Source: Acidimicrobiales bacterium (GTDB lineage Bacteria > Actinomycetota > Acidimicrobiia > Acidimicrobiales > SZUA-35). From it: a stretch of 64,000 nt of DNA. Both the position numbers and the translations under genes were made by a program. This document shows positions 8,719 to 18,306 of this stretch, in pieces. The stretch covers positions 148,687-212,686 of the forward strand of contig JBKECK010000054.1 of assembly GCA_047974625.1 (NCBI GenBank). The letters run 5' to 3'. The notes below the pieces were generated by a model. That model was not told the origin of the DNA, made no database searches, and saw nothing but the letters and a program-made list of their open reading frames with translations. Each line of letters begins with the position of its first letter. Position 1 is the first letter of the stretch.

Positions 8719-9819
8719 TCAACCGATCGAGGATGCGGGATCGATCCGGAGGATCCGTCGGGCCGTGAGCAGGCCGCCGACGAGGGCGGTGACCATGAGG
8801 CCGAGCGAGATCTGGACGATCCGGACGGGTAGGACACGAACCGGGAGGGTCGGCGGCAGCACGGCCATCATGGCCGCACTGATGGCGATGCCGACCACCA
8901 GGGCCAACGCGGTGATGACCACGGCCTGGACCGATATGCCCCGGAGGAGCTCTCCGGTGCGGGCCCCGAGCGCCTTGAGCACCGCGTAGAGCCGGCTCTG
9001 CTCCAGGGTGATGAGGGCGAAGAAGAGGGCGACCACCAGCAGGCTCACCACGAAGGTGACGGCGATGATGGCGGTGAAGGTGGAGTTCTGCTGCTGGACC
9101 ACCGACAGGGCGTCGATGGCCTCGGCGATCGTCGCTCCCTGGGCCCCGTCCAGACCACTGATGGCGGTGGCCAGCGAGGCGGCATCGGTCCCTTCGGCGG
9201 GCCGCACGGTGAGGGCCTGGTGGAGTCCGGGGGGCGGCAGGGCCGCCGGGTTGATGGTGGCCACCAGCCGGCGCCACTCGTCCGGGTTGACCCACACCGT
9301 CGGCGCCCCGTTGGTCAGATCGTCCACAATGGCGGTGACCGTCATGGGTTCGTCCGACGGCCCGATGGTGATGGTGTCGCCCACCTCGAAGGGGACCTGA
9401 CGCTGGAGCTGGCGGTCCACGATCACCCCACCGTCGGCGGGAGCCTGGGGCAGGGTGGACGTGGCCAGCTCGTAGCCGTAGAGCACGACGTCCTGCAGTC
9501 GGTCCGGGTCCTCGCCGGTGTCGCCGACGGCGGCCACGGTGAAGGTGGCATCGAGGGTGCCGAGGGCGGCGATGCCGGGCACCGAGTCGACGGTGACCGC
9601 GGTATCGGCCAGGCGCGAGCGTTGGAGCTGGAGGTCGGCGTCCGGGTCGAACACCCAGACGTCGCCGTCGTAGGCCCGGTAGGGGCCGGTCTGCGACCGG
9701 CTGAGCCCGTCGAGGAAGCCGGCCAGGACGACCAGCAGGACCACCAGCAGGGTGAGGGCGATCCAGACGGGCAGGAACCGGCGGGGGTCCCGGACGAGCT
9801 CCTTCAGGGCGATCGACAC
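8719..9819 (-). CDS. ABC transporter permease, FtsX-like (second of two)
   Basis: N-terminal TM helix, a large extracytoplasmic domain and C-terminal FtsX-type TM helices. The GTG at 9819, 1 nt after the upstream stop, is preferred over 9882. Confidence 0.75.
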   Translation of the reverse strand: MSIALKELVRDPRRFLPVWIALTLLVVLLVVLAGFLDGLSRSQTGPYRAYDGDVWVFDPDADLQLQRSRLADTAVTVDSVPGIAALGTLDATFTVAAVGDTGEDPDRLQDVVLYGYELATSTLPQAPADGGVIVDRQLQRQVPFEVGDTITIGPSDEPMTVTAIVDDLTNGAPTVWVNPDEWRRLVATINPAALPPPGLHQALTVRPAEGTDAASLATAISGLDGAQGATIAEAIDALSVVQQQNSTFTAIIAVTFVVSLLVVALFFALITLEQSRLYAVLKALGARTGELLRGISVQAVVITALALVVGIAISAAMMAVLPPTLPVRVLPVRIVQISLGLMVTALVGGLLTARRILRIDPASSIG

Positions 9820-9820
9820 G

Positions 9821-10975
9821 TCACGCTGCTCCGCGGCGGGCGGCTTCCACCGGGTCGATGGCCAGGACCCGCCGGACAGCACCGAGGGAGGCGACCACGC
9901 CGAGGGCCAGGATGAACAGGACGCTCACGATGGTGGTAACCGGGCTCAGGGTGGAGCCGAACGCGTCCCGGGCCAGGTACAGGAGGCCGGCCGCCACCAG
10001 GGCGCCGGCCACACCACCCGACCCGACAACGACCACGACCTCGATCAGGACCGGGCGGACGGCGTCGAGGCGGGACGCCCCGAGGGCCCGGAACAGGACC
10101 AGGCTGTCCTGTTTCTGGACGGTCAGGATGAGGAAGAACACCCCGGTGACGATGGTCACCACCACGAAGAGCAGCAGGTACAGGATGTTGAACGACTGGG
10201 AGATCTGGCCGGCCCCGGGCAGATCGGCGGCCGCCGTTTCCCGGTCGAGGGCCTCCACCCCTCCGCCCAGGGAGGGCGCGCCAGGGGTGGAGGCCGGGGT
10301 GTAGTCAGCGTCGGCGGTGATCCGCCCGGCCAGATCGGTGGGGTCCACCCCGTCCGCCGCCGACACCGCCACCCAGGACAGCACGGGCGGAACCGCCGTA
10401 CCGGCGTTCTCGGTCTTCATGGCCTGGAGGTCGTCGAAGGCCACGTACAGGGTGGGGCTGACGTCGAAGGCGGCGTCGGTGGCCGTCCCCACCACCCGGA
10501 GCTCGGTTCCCTCGATGGTGACGGTGTCGCCGATCTCGTAGCTCGCGTCGCCGGCGCTGAGGCTGGGGTTGCTGGCCAGGGCCTCGCCGGGACCGTCAGG
10601 TCCGCGACCTTCGGTGATCTCGGCCGGGCCCCCGAAGGTGAGGTCCTGGAGGCCGATGACGGTCACGTCGGTGTTGGCGGCCTCGTCGGTGAACTGGCCT
10701 CGGGCCACACCGGCCGCGGTGTCCACACCGTCCACCGCGGCGACGGCGTCGACCGCGTTCGGGGTCAGGAAGCTGGCGGCGGGGTTGTGGCGGGCCTTGT
10801 CGCTGTAGACGAAGACCGAGGCTCCGTTGGCCTTGACCCCACCCGTCAACCCGGTGGTGAGGGCCGACGCGACGGACTGGAAGAACAGCAGCAGGATCAC
10901 CAGCAGGGCGATGGCCCCGGTGAGTAGCACGAAACGACCGAGCAGGCGTCGGATCTCGTGGACGGCGACGAACAT
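9821..10975 (-). CDS. ABC transporter permease, FtsX-like (first of two)
   Basis: Same architecture as the neighbouring permease. First gene of a permease-permease-ATPase operon. Confidence 0.75.
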   Translation of the reverse strand: MFVAVHEIRRLLGRFVLLTGAIALLVILLLFFQSVASALTTGLTGGVKANGASVFVYSDKARHNPAASFLTPNAVDAVAAVDGVDTAAGVARGQFTDEAANTDVTVIGLQDLTFGGPAEITEGRGPDGPGEALASNPSLSAGDASYEIGDTVTIEGTELRVVGTATDAAFDVSPTLYVAFDDLQAMKTENAGTAVPPVLSWVAVSAADGVDPTDLAGRITADADYTPASTPGAPSLGGGVEALDRETAAADLPGAGQISQSFNILYLLLFVVVTIVTGVFFLILTVQKQDSLVLFRALGASRLDAVRPVLIEVVVVVGSGGVAGALVAAGLLYLARDAFGSTLSPVTTIVSVLFILALGVVASLGAVRRVLAIDPVEAARRGAA

Positions 10976-11040
10976 AGCTGCGGCATCGTAGTACGGCCGC
11001 CCGGACCGGTCACCAGGTGAGTGTCTTCCCGCCGGGCCGG

Positions 11041-11685
11041 TCAGCCGGCCGGACGGGGCCGCCAGACGGGGTAGTCGATCCCGGCCAGACGGTTGATGAC
11101 AAAGCCCTGCACGGTGAGCAGGATGACGGCGATCATCAACACCACCAGCTGGTCGGGGTCACGCAGGATGCCGAGCGACACGATCAGGGTCGTGGCCCCG
11201 GCCGGGGGGTGCGGGGCCCGGGCCCACACCATGACGGCGCTGGTCAGGGCCAGGCTGATGGCGGCGGCCCCCACCCGCCCCCCGGTCACCTCGGTGGCCA
11301 GGGCGGGGGGATCGGCGGTCAGGTCGAATATCACCAGGGCCAGGTAACCGGCGGCGGCCCCGATGGCGTGGCCGATCACGGTGTTGCGGGGCGAGGCGGC
11401 CGGGCTGGTGGGGGTGTAGAAGAGCAGGAAGGCGGTGGGCCCGAGGGAGGGGAAGATGAACGGCTGGTCGGTGGCCCAGGCCACCGCCGACATGATGGCG
11501 ATGGCCACCAGGCCGTTGACCCCGGCGAACAGTCCCATCACCTTGGTGTTGTCGTGCCGGCGGGTGAGCGCCGGAATCCGGAAGCGTCGGGCCAGGCCCC
11601 AGATCAGGGCGGCCATGTCGCCGCCCACCGGGCCCGGCCGATGCGGGCCCCCGGCGGTGGTTGGTGGGTCGGTCATGGGCACCAC
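11041..11685 (-). CDS. HPP-family membrane protein
   Basis: Multi-TM protein containing the family-defining HPPAGAT motif. Confidence 0.75.
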   Translation of the reverse strand: MVPMTDPPTTAGGPHRPGPVGGDMAALIWGLARRFRIPALTRRHDNTKVMGLFAGVNGLVAIAIMSAVAWATDQPFIFPSLGPTAFLLFYTPTSPAASPRNTVIGHAIGAAAGYLALVIFDLTADPPALATEVTGGRVGAAAISLALTSAVMVWARAPHPPAGATTLIVSLGILRDPDQLVVLMIAVILLTVQGFVINRLAGIDYPVWRPRPAG

Positions 11686-11766
11686 TCATCCCCGAGCTCG
11701 TCGACCCCCGACGAATCTCAAGTCACAGAGTAGATGACTGGTAGACTTGAGGAAACCGGCGACCGG

Positions 11767-12405
11767 TCAGGTCGCCTCCGGGTCGGCACGCATGCCGGCC
11801 AACCAGCGGTCCAGCAGACGCCCGCTGACCATGTCGAAGTCGACCTCGTGACCGCTGATGCGGTGCCCGATCGGCACCACCATGGTCAGCAGGGCCATGG
11901 AGGCGACCAGGTCGGCGGGCAGGTCGTCCGACAGGTCGCCGACGGTGACCGCCCGCTCGACCTGGGCGGCCACCAGGGCCAGGAGCTCGGGGTGGGCGGC
12001 GTGGGGGTCGGCCCCGGGCAGGGTCCGCACGAACTCGGCCGCCATGCCGGCATGGCCCCGGCCCGTGTTGGCCCAGGCCTCCACCACCGCCATCCGGATC
12101 TCGTTCAGGGCCACGGTCAGGTCGGGGTTGGGCCGGCGCTCCAACCGCTCGATCGCCGCGGCCGTCAGACGGCGGTTGAACTCCCGGAGCAGGCCCGCCT
12201 TGGTGCCATATATCCGGAAGAAGGTGGCCCGTCCCACCCCGGCGCGTTCACAGATGTCGTCCACGCTGACGTCGTCGAACGGGACCTCGCGGAGGAGCTC
12301 GTCGGCGGCATCATAGAGACGGCGGGCGTTGTCGTGGCGTCGACGGGCGCGGCCATCGGCCCGGACCGGTGGGCAAACGACCGCCTCGTCGACGCCGTCG
12401 ATCAT
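11767..12405 (-). CDS. TetR-family transcriptional regulator
   Basis: N-terminal HTH (FDDVSVDDICERAGVGRATFFRIYGTKAGLL). The start overlaps the stop of the upstream ThDP-enzyme gene by 4 nt. Confidence 0.85.
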   Translation of the reverse strand: MIDGVDEAVVCPPVRADGRARRRHDNARRLYDAADELLREVPFDDVSVDDICERAGVGRATFFRIYGTKAGLLREFNRRLTAAAIERLERRPNPDLTVALNEIRMAVVEAWANTGRGHAGMAAEFVRTLPGADPHAAHPELLALVAAQVERAVTVGDLSDDLPADLVASMALLTMVVPIGHRISGHEVDFDMVSGRLLDRWLAGMRADPEAT

Positions 12406-14126
12406 CGTTTGGGAATGTTGTCGTAGTAGGGAATGACGATCTCGTCGGTCGCCGTGAGGTCGCCGAGCATGGAGGTGGTGATCGGGTGCACCACCGAGCC
12501 GGCGGTGGCGACGTTTACCACCGACGGCCGTCCCGATTCGAGGGCCCGATCAACGGCCGGACCGACCTCGTCCACCTCGGTGACGTGTTGGCCGAAGGCC
12601 CCGAATCCCTCGGCCACCTGGTCGTAACGGGTGGGCGCCAGGCGGGAGATGACATCCCCCTTGTCGCCATAGACAGCTTGCTGGCCGTGAATCGACATGC
12701 CCCAGCAGGCGTTGTTGAACACGATCGTCACTACCGGAAGCTGGTGGCGGACCATCGTGTCCCACTCCTGGATGTGGAAACCGATGGCCCCGTCCCCGGT
12801 GACCTGGATCACCCGGCGGTCCGGATGGGCCCACTGGGCCCCGATGGCGTAGCCCTGGCCCACGCCGAGGTGCCCCTGGTAGCCGAGGCCGAGATTGTGG
12901 TGGAGGTCGAGGTGGGGTGCGGCCCAGTCGACCCAGATCGCCGACTCGCCCCCGTCGCGGACCAGGATCGAACCGGCCGGGATCCGACCGACGACCTCCC
13001 GGGCCACACGGTAGGGGTGGATCCCGTCCGCCTCGGTACCGGCGTCCTCGAACATGCTGTCGGCGAAGTTCTTGGTACTGGCGGCCACCGCGGCCCAGCC
13101 CCGGTGGTCCACCGGTCCCAACCGGTCGGCCAGCCCCTCGAGCCCGGCCGCCAAATCACCCAACAGGCCCACGTCGACCGGCCCCAGACGGCCGATCTCG
13201 GCCGGATCGAGGTGGAGCTGTACCACCTTGGCGCCGTCGGCCATGGCCCAGAAGCCCCGACCACCCAGCAGGAGACCGAACGACGCTCCCACCAGGACGA
13301 CCACGTCGGGCGGGGCCGAGCCCACCACGGGCAGGGCCCCCAGCGAGGCCAACGTTCCCGCGTTCAGGGGGTGGGAGCCCGGCAGCCCACCCCGGGAGAG
13401 GCCGGTGGAGTAGACGGGGATACCGGTGGTGGTGGCGAACCGCTCGAGGGCGTCGGACACGTCGACGCTGAGGGTCCCGTCGCCGATCACCACGGCGGGG
13501 CGGACCGCGTCGGCCAGCAGGACGGCGGCCGCGTCGAGGGCGGCGGCGGGCGGAACCGGGCGGTCGGCGGCCCAGGGCCGGCCCATCACGGGCACGTCGT
13601 CCCGGTCGACCGGGGTGAAGGCCACGTCGATCGGCAGATCGAGCACCACCGGGCCCGGCACCGCGCCGGTGGCGTGCCGGATGGCCAGCCCCACCAGGTC
13701 GGGGACCCGGAAAGCGTTGTAAGCCCGCTGGGCCCACCGGGTGATGGGGGCCACCACGGCCAGCTGGTCGAGCCGACCCTGCATCTCCCCCGTCTCGGCC
13801 TCACCGAGCGGAGGGGAGCTGGTGACCACCATGACGCCGATGGCGTCGGCGGCGGCATTGCTGATCCCGGCCACCGCGTTGAACAGGCCCGGCCCGGCGG
13901 TGACGGCGGCCACGCCGAGGCGGCCGGTGGAACGGGCATACCCGTCGGCCGCGTTGACGGCCGCGGCCTCGTGGCGGCAGTCCACCAGCTCGATGTCATA
14001 GGCCTGGCAACCGGTCAGGAATGAATCCAGGTGGCCGCCGTGCAGGGCGAAGACCACCTCGACGCCCGCCTCACGCAGGGCCCAAGCGGCCAGCTCCCCA
14101 CCATTCAGTGTCTCGTCGTGTCCCAT
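12402..14126 (-). CDS. thiamine-diphosphate-dependent enzyme (acetolactate-synthase-like family)
   Basis: N-terminal ThDP pyrimidine-binding domain (AAVNAADGYARSTGRLGVAAVTAGPGLFN). C-terminal ThDP-binding motif GDGAIGFHIQEWDT...NN. Confidence 0.85.
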   Translation of the reverse strand: MGHDETLNGGELAAWALREAGVEVVFALHGGHLDSFLTGCQAYDIELVDCRHEAAAVNAADGYARSTGRLGVAAVTAGPGLFNAVAGISNAAADAIGVMVVTSSPPLGEAETGEMQGRLDQLAVVAPITRWAQRAYNAFRVPDLVGLAIRHATGAVPGPVVLDLPIDVAFTPVDRDDVPVMGRPWAADRPVPPAAALDAAAVLLADAVRPAVVIGDGTLSVDVSDALERFATTTGIPVYSTGLSRGGLPGSHPLNAGTLASLGALPVVGSAPPDVVVLVGASFGLLLGGRGFWAMADGAKVVQLHLDPAEIGRLGPVDVGLLGDLAAGLEGLADRLGPVDHRGWAAVAASTKNFADSMFEDAGTEADGIHPYRVAREVVGRIPAGSILVRDGGESAIWVDWAAPHLDLHHNLGLGYQGHLGVGQGYAIGAQWAHPDRRVIQVTGDGAIGFHIQEWDTMVRHQLPVVTIVFNNACWGMSIHGQQAVYGDKGDVISRLAPTRYDQVAEGFGAFGQHVTEVDEVGPAVDRALESGRPSVVNVATAGSVVHPITTSMLGDLTATDEIVIPYYDNIPKR

Positions 14127-14161
14127 ATCGTCTTTCCCTCGAATGTCGAATCAACTGCTTG

Positions 14162-14179
14162 CGAAATGATCAGATTTCG
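14162..14179. promoter_or_regulatory. inverted repeat CGAAAT-N6-ATTTCG in the leader of the ThDP-enzyme/TetR operon (candidate operator)
   Basis: 6-bp perfect arms inside a locally AT-rich 140-bp upstream region. A minus-strand TTGATC-N17-TACCCT promoter-like pair lies just upstream. Confidence 0.3.
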
Positions 14180-14265
14180 GCGATTGACTCGTGAGGGTAG
14201 TGATACTTGCGTATCGGATCAATCGGGAACGTCCCGATTCCACCGTTGAGGCCTGCGGCCATCAT

Positions 14266-14619
14266 TCAGTCATTCCCCCGATGACAGTCGGTCTCCTGGG
14301 CGAAGACGTCCCGGGCGACCATGATGGCGGAGACCGCTTTTGGCCCGCCGATGTAGAAGGCCAAATGGGCCATCACCTCGACCAGCTCCGCCTTGCTCAG
14401 TCCGTTGCTGCGGGCCAGACCCACATGGAACCCGAGCTGTTCACGGGCTCCGCTGGTGGCCAGACTGGCCAGGGTGATCAGGCTCCGTTCGCGGGAGGAG
14501 AGGCCTTCGCGGGCCCAAACCTGTCCAGGCGCCCCCGAAGTGTCGGGCATGCCGACGAACACCGGAGCCAGGTCACCGAACAGCATCTCCAGGCTCGTCG
14601 GCTCTTCGGTGTTCATCAT
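14266..14619 (-). CDS. carboxymuconolactone decarboxylase (AhpD-like) family protein
   Basis: 117 aa. Typical CMD core: LSSRERSLITLASLATSGAREQLGFHVGLARSNGLSKAELVEVMAHLAFYIGGPKA. Confidence 0.8.
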   Translation of the reverse strand: MMNTEEPTSLEMLFGDLAPVFVGMPDTSGAPGQVWAREGLSSRERSLITLASLATSGAREQLGFHVGLARSNGLSKAELVEVMAHLAFYIGGPKAVSAIMVARDVFAQETDCHRGND

Positions 14620-14727
14620 CGGTGGTCCTTCCCCAGAAGTTGATCGCCGGCCGGATAAGCACGTAGAGCGGCGGCAAGGTGCTCATCGTCCGTCCGGTCG
14701 GGCGAACGTCCGGCCGGCGAGGTCTTC

Positions 14728-15657
14728 ATGATGTCAACCACGCGCCAATGGTTGAAGGCGACGCTGATCCCGGGGTTGGTAGTACCCCCTTGGCGCTACC
14801 CCGCTAGCGTGGCGTCCGTGGACGCCGGCAACGACTTCGGGGAGTTCCTGAGAACCCGACGAGCGCGACTCTCCCCGGAACAGGCCGGACTCCCGTCCGG
14901 GGGCGGTCGCCGGCGGGTCCAAGGGTTGCGCCGCGAGGAGGTGGCCCTGCTCGCCGGCATCAGCATCGACTACTACATCCAGCTCGAACGGGGGCAGGCC
15001 CGCGGGGTGTCCACCGACGTGCTCGACGCTGTCGCCGACGCCCTGCACCTCGGTGATCTCGAACGCGTCCACCTGTACGACCTGGCCCGGCTGTCCCGGG
15101 CCCAGCAGATCTCGGCCGGCGCCACCATCCGCCACGTCCGGCCCGGGCTTCAGCTCGTGCTCGACTCCATTACCGGGGCCGCGGCCTTCGTCCGCAACCG
15201 GGCCCTCGACGTGTTGGCCTCCAACGAACTCGGTACCGCCCTCTACGCCGACGTGTACCCCCCGGAGCTGGCCGACAACTACCCGCCCAACGTCGGCCGG
15301 TTCGTCTTCCTCTACGAGGAGTCCCGCGAGTTCTACGACGACTGGGAGGCGGTGGCCGATTCCCTCGTGGGTGCCTACCGGACCGACCTGGTCCGGTACC
15401 CGAACGACACCGCCATCCGTGACCTGGTGGATGAGCTGCTGGACACCAGCGAGGATTTCGTCACCCGGTGGGCTATGCACGACGTCCACCACATGTGGGC
15501 GGGTCAGCAGGTCTACCACCACCCGGCCGTCGGACGCTTGGTCTTCAGCTTCGAGGCATTCGACATCCCAACCGTCGACGGTCTCGCCCTGGTCGTCTAC
15601 GTTCCCCAGCCCGGTAGCGGCAGCGCCGCCGCCCTCGATCGCCTCAGCCGCCGCTGA
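14728..15657 (+). CDS. XRE-type HTH regulator with MmyB-like ligand-binding domain
   Basis: N-terminus FGEFLRTRRARLSPEQAGLP...RRRVQGLRREEVALLAGISIDYYIQLERGQ is characteristic of MmyB-like regulators. The true start may be a few codons downstream of 14728. Confidence 0.85.
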   Translation: MMSTTRQWLKATLIPGLVVPPWRYPASVASVDAGNDFGEFLRTRRARLSPEQAGLPSGGGRRRVQGLRREEVALLAGISIDYYIQLERGQARGVSTDVLDAVADALHLGDLERVHLYDLARLSRAQQISAGATIRHVRPGLQLVLDSITGAAAFVRNRALDVLASNELGTALYADVYPPELADNYPPNVGRFVFLYEESREFYDDWEAVADSLVGAYRTDLVRYPNDTAIRDLVDELLDTSEDFVTRWAMHDVHHMWAGQQVYHHPAVGRLVFSFEAFDIPTVDGLALVVYVPQPGSGSAAALDRLSRR

Positions 15658-15727
15658 ACGGCGGGCCCTGACCCAGCCGCCGCTGAACGGCGGGCCCTGA
15701 CCCAGCCGCCGCTGAACGGCGGGCCCT
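15645..15727. repeat. 29-bp tandem repeat x2.9, each unit a CCGCCG-CTGAA-CGGCGG hairpin (likely bidirectional terminator array)
   Basis: The unit CAGCCGCCGCTGAACGGCGGGCCCTGACC was read three times between convergent genes. The first copy includes the last codons and TGA of the MmyB-like gene. Confidence 0.8.
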
Positions 15728-15733
15728 GGCTCC

Positions 15734-18253
15734 TCAGCGCAGCCGTCGCGGCTCGGCCGTGCCCGGGTCGTCGGGCCATTGGTGCTTGGGGTAGCGGCCG
15801 GCGAGCTCCTTGCGGACCTGGTCCCAGGATCCGGCCCAGAAGCCGGGCAGGTCGCCAGTGACCTGGATCGGGCGGTCGGCCGGCGAAAGCAGGTGCAGCA
15901 CGATGGGGACCCCAGCCGCGGTGGGGTGGACGGTGGTGCCGTACAGATCCTGTACCCGCACTCGGGCCGAGGGGGCGTCACCCCGGTAGTCGATGGCCGC
16001 GCTCCGCCCGGTGGGCAGGGCGAGGGCGGGAGGGGCGAGGGTGTCGAGGTCGGCCCCCTCGGGCCACGGAAGCTGCGACCGCAGCACCATGGCGAGATCG
16101 ACCCCCTCCAGATCGGCCCTGCCGGTGGCCCCCGGCAGGTACGGACCGAGCCAGTCCTCGAGGGTCACGGTGAGGGTCTCGACACTCCAGTCGGGCCAGG
16201 GTTCGCCCCGCTGGTGGTGCAGGAACTCCACCCGGCTCCGTATCGACATCGACGCCTGCGACCAGCCAAGCACGGCCAGGCCGGTGGCGCGGACCCGGTC
16301 GAGTAGGGCGGCTAGGGTCGCCTCCCCGGCCCCGGCCCGGCGCCGGACGGGATCACCCAGAGTCATCCCACCCAGCCGGCGCTCCACCCGCTCCACCAGA
16401 TCGTCACGATCGGCATCCCAGATCAGGCTGATCCGTTCGTCCACCTCGTCGGCCAGGCGGGCGGCCACCTCGTCGCCGTCGAGGGCGGCGGCCAGGCTGA
16501 TACGGGCCCGGTCCCGCTTGCCGGTGAGATCGGCGGCCACGATGAAGGCCTCGTCGGCCAGGCCATCGCTGGCCGACACGGTGGCCCGACCGCCGGTGCG
16601 GAGCTGGAACTGGCCGCGGCCGCGGCCTACCGCCAACCGGTCGGGAAAGGCGTGGAGCAGGACGGCCCCCGAGCCGTCTGGGTCGACGGTATCCAGGCGG
16701 GGGCTGATGCGGAGCCGGCGGGCCAGATCGGCGGCCCGGTCGCGGAGCCGGTGGACGGCCCCTCGGTCGGCCTGGTCGTGGCGGTCCCGGCCGGTCACGA
16801 CGGCCACCCGGAGGGCCAGGTCCACGGGCCGGTCGTCGGGGCGGCCCCCCATGATGTCCCGCTCGTCGACCAGGGAGGCGACCACGCAGGAGAGCATGGT
16901 CGGGGCCGCCACCAGCATCCGGGCCAGTCGGGGGTGGACGGGCAGGGCCAGCATCGATCGGCCGAGGTCGGTGGGACGGCCGTCGTCGTCGAGGGCGTGG
17001 AGGTCGGTCAGGAGGCGCCGTGCCGCGGCCAGGGCGGCTGGCGGCGGCGGGGTGATGAAGGCGAGATCGGCGGCCGGGGTACCCCAGGCGGCCAGTTCGA
17101 GGGCCAGGCCGGCCAGGTCGACCTCCTCGATCTCGGCCGCCCGGTGCCGGGCCCGGGTGCCGTGCTCCACCTTGCTCCAGAGCCGGTAGGCCACCCCGGG
17201 TTCTACCCGTCCCGCCCGGCCGGCCCGCTGTTCGGCCGAGGAACGGCTGGTCGTCACTGTGGCGAGCCGGGTCATGCCGGTGCGGACGTCGAACCGGGGG
17301 GCGCGGGCCAGGCCGGAGTCCACCACCACCCGGATCCCGTCCACGGTGAGGGAGGTCTCGGCGATGTCGGTGGCCAGCACCACCCGCCGCCGGCCGGACG
17401 CCGACGGGGCCAGGGCGGCGTCCTGTTCGGACATCGACACCGCCCCGGCCAGCCGGTGGAGGTCAACGGGTTGGCCGGTCAGGTCACGTTCGAGGCGCTG
17501 CCGGGTCCGGTTGATCTCACCGATCCCAGGCAGGAAAACCAGCACGTCGCCGGGCTCCTCCCGGAGAGCCCGCAGCACGGTGTCGGCCACGGTGTCCTCC
17601 ACCCGGGGGGTCCGGCCGCGCCGACCGGCCCGGGCGACCGGCCGTCTCCCCCACCGGATGTCCACGTCGTAGGCCCGGCCGTGGCTCTCCACCACCGGCG
17701 TGTCCTCCCCCAGGATCCGCCGTAGTCCGGTCACATCCGGCGTGGCCGACATGACCACCAGGCGCAGATCGGGCCTGATGGTGGCCGCGGCGTCGAGCAC
17801 CAGGGCCAGACCGAGGTCGGTGGCGAGGTTCCGTTCGTGCACCTCGTCGAAGATGACCACACCGGTGCCGGGTAGCTCGGGGTCGTTCTGGAGGCGCCGG
17901 GTCAGGATCCCCTCGGTCAGCACCTCGATGCGGGTGTCGGGGCCGATGCGCCGCTCGTCGCGGGTCTGGTAGCCGACCAGGCCGCCCACCTCCCCGCCCC
18001 GGGTCGGGGCCAGCAGGTCGGCGATCCGCCGGGCCGCCGCCCGGGCGGCCAGCCGCCGCGGCTCCAGCATCACGATGCCGTCGTCGCCGAGCCAGGGCTC
18101 GTCGAGCAGGGCGGGCGGGACGAGGGTGGTCTTGCCCGCCCCCGGCGGGGCAACCACGATCACCCGACCGGCACTCCGGAGCGCCGAGCAGACCTGGTCG
18201 AGCACCTGGGCGACCGGGAGCGGTGATGGGTCGGATGGGACGTTCCTGGCCAC
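15734..18253 (-). CDS. hrpB: ATP-dependent DEAH-box helicase HrpB
   Basis: 839 aa. Motif I GAGKTT, motif II DEVHER, and HA2/OB-like and HrpB-type C-terminal regions. Confidence 0.9.
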   Translation of the reverse strand: MARNVPSDPSPLPVAQVLDQVCSALRSAGRVIVVAPPGAGKTTLVPPALLDEPWLGDDGIVMLEPRRLAARAAARRIADLLAPTRGGEVGGLVGYQTRDERRIGPDTRIEVLTEGILTRRLQNDPELPGTGVVIFDEVHERNLATDLGLALVLDAAATIRPDLRLVVMSATPDVTGLRRILGEDTPVVESHGRAYDVDIRWGRRPVARAGRRGRTPRVEDTVADTVLRALREEPGDVLVFLPGIGEINRTRQRLERDLTGQPVDLHRLAGAVSMSEQDAALAPSASGRRRVVLATDIAETSLTVDGIRVVVDSGLARAPRFDVRTGMTRLATVTTSRSSAEQRAGRAGRVEPGVAYRLWSKVEHGTRARHRAAEIEEVDLAGLALELAAWGTPAADLAFITPPPPAALAAARRLLTDLHALDDDGRPTDLGRSMLALPVHPRLARMLVAAPTMLSCVVASLVDERDIMGGRPDDRPVDLALRVAVVTGRDRHDQADRGAVHRLRDRAADLARRLRISPRLDTVDPDGSGAVLLHAFPDRLAVGRGRGQFQLRTGGRATVSASDGLADEAFIVAADLTGKRDRARISLAAALDGDEVAARLADEVDERISLIWDADRDDLVERVERRLGGMTLGDPVRRRAGAGEATLAALLDRVRATGLAVLGWSQASMSIRSRVEFLHHQRGEPWPDWSVETLTVTLEDWLGPYLPGATGRADLEGVDLAMVLRSQLPWPEGADLDTLAPPALALPTGRSAAIDYRGDAPSARVRVQDLYGTTVHPTAAGVPIVLHLLSPADRPIQVTGDLPGFWAGSWDQVRKELAGRYPKHQWPDDPGTAEPRRLR

Positions 18254-18306
18254 GGGGCGTGATCCTAATCAACCGGCCCCGGACCCGGCGTCCGGGCCGG
18301 TCGGAC

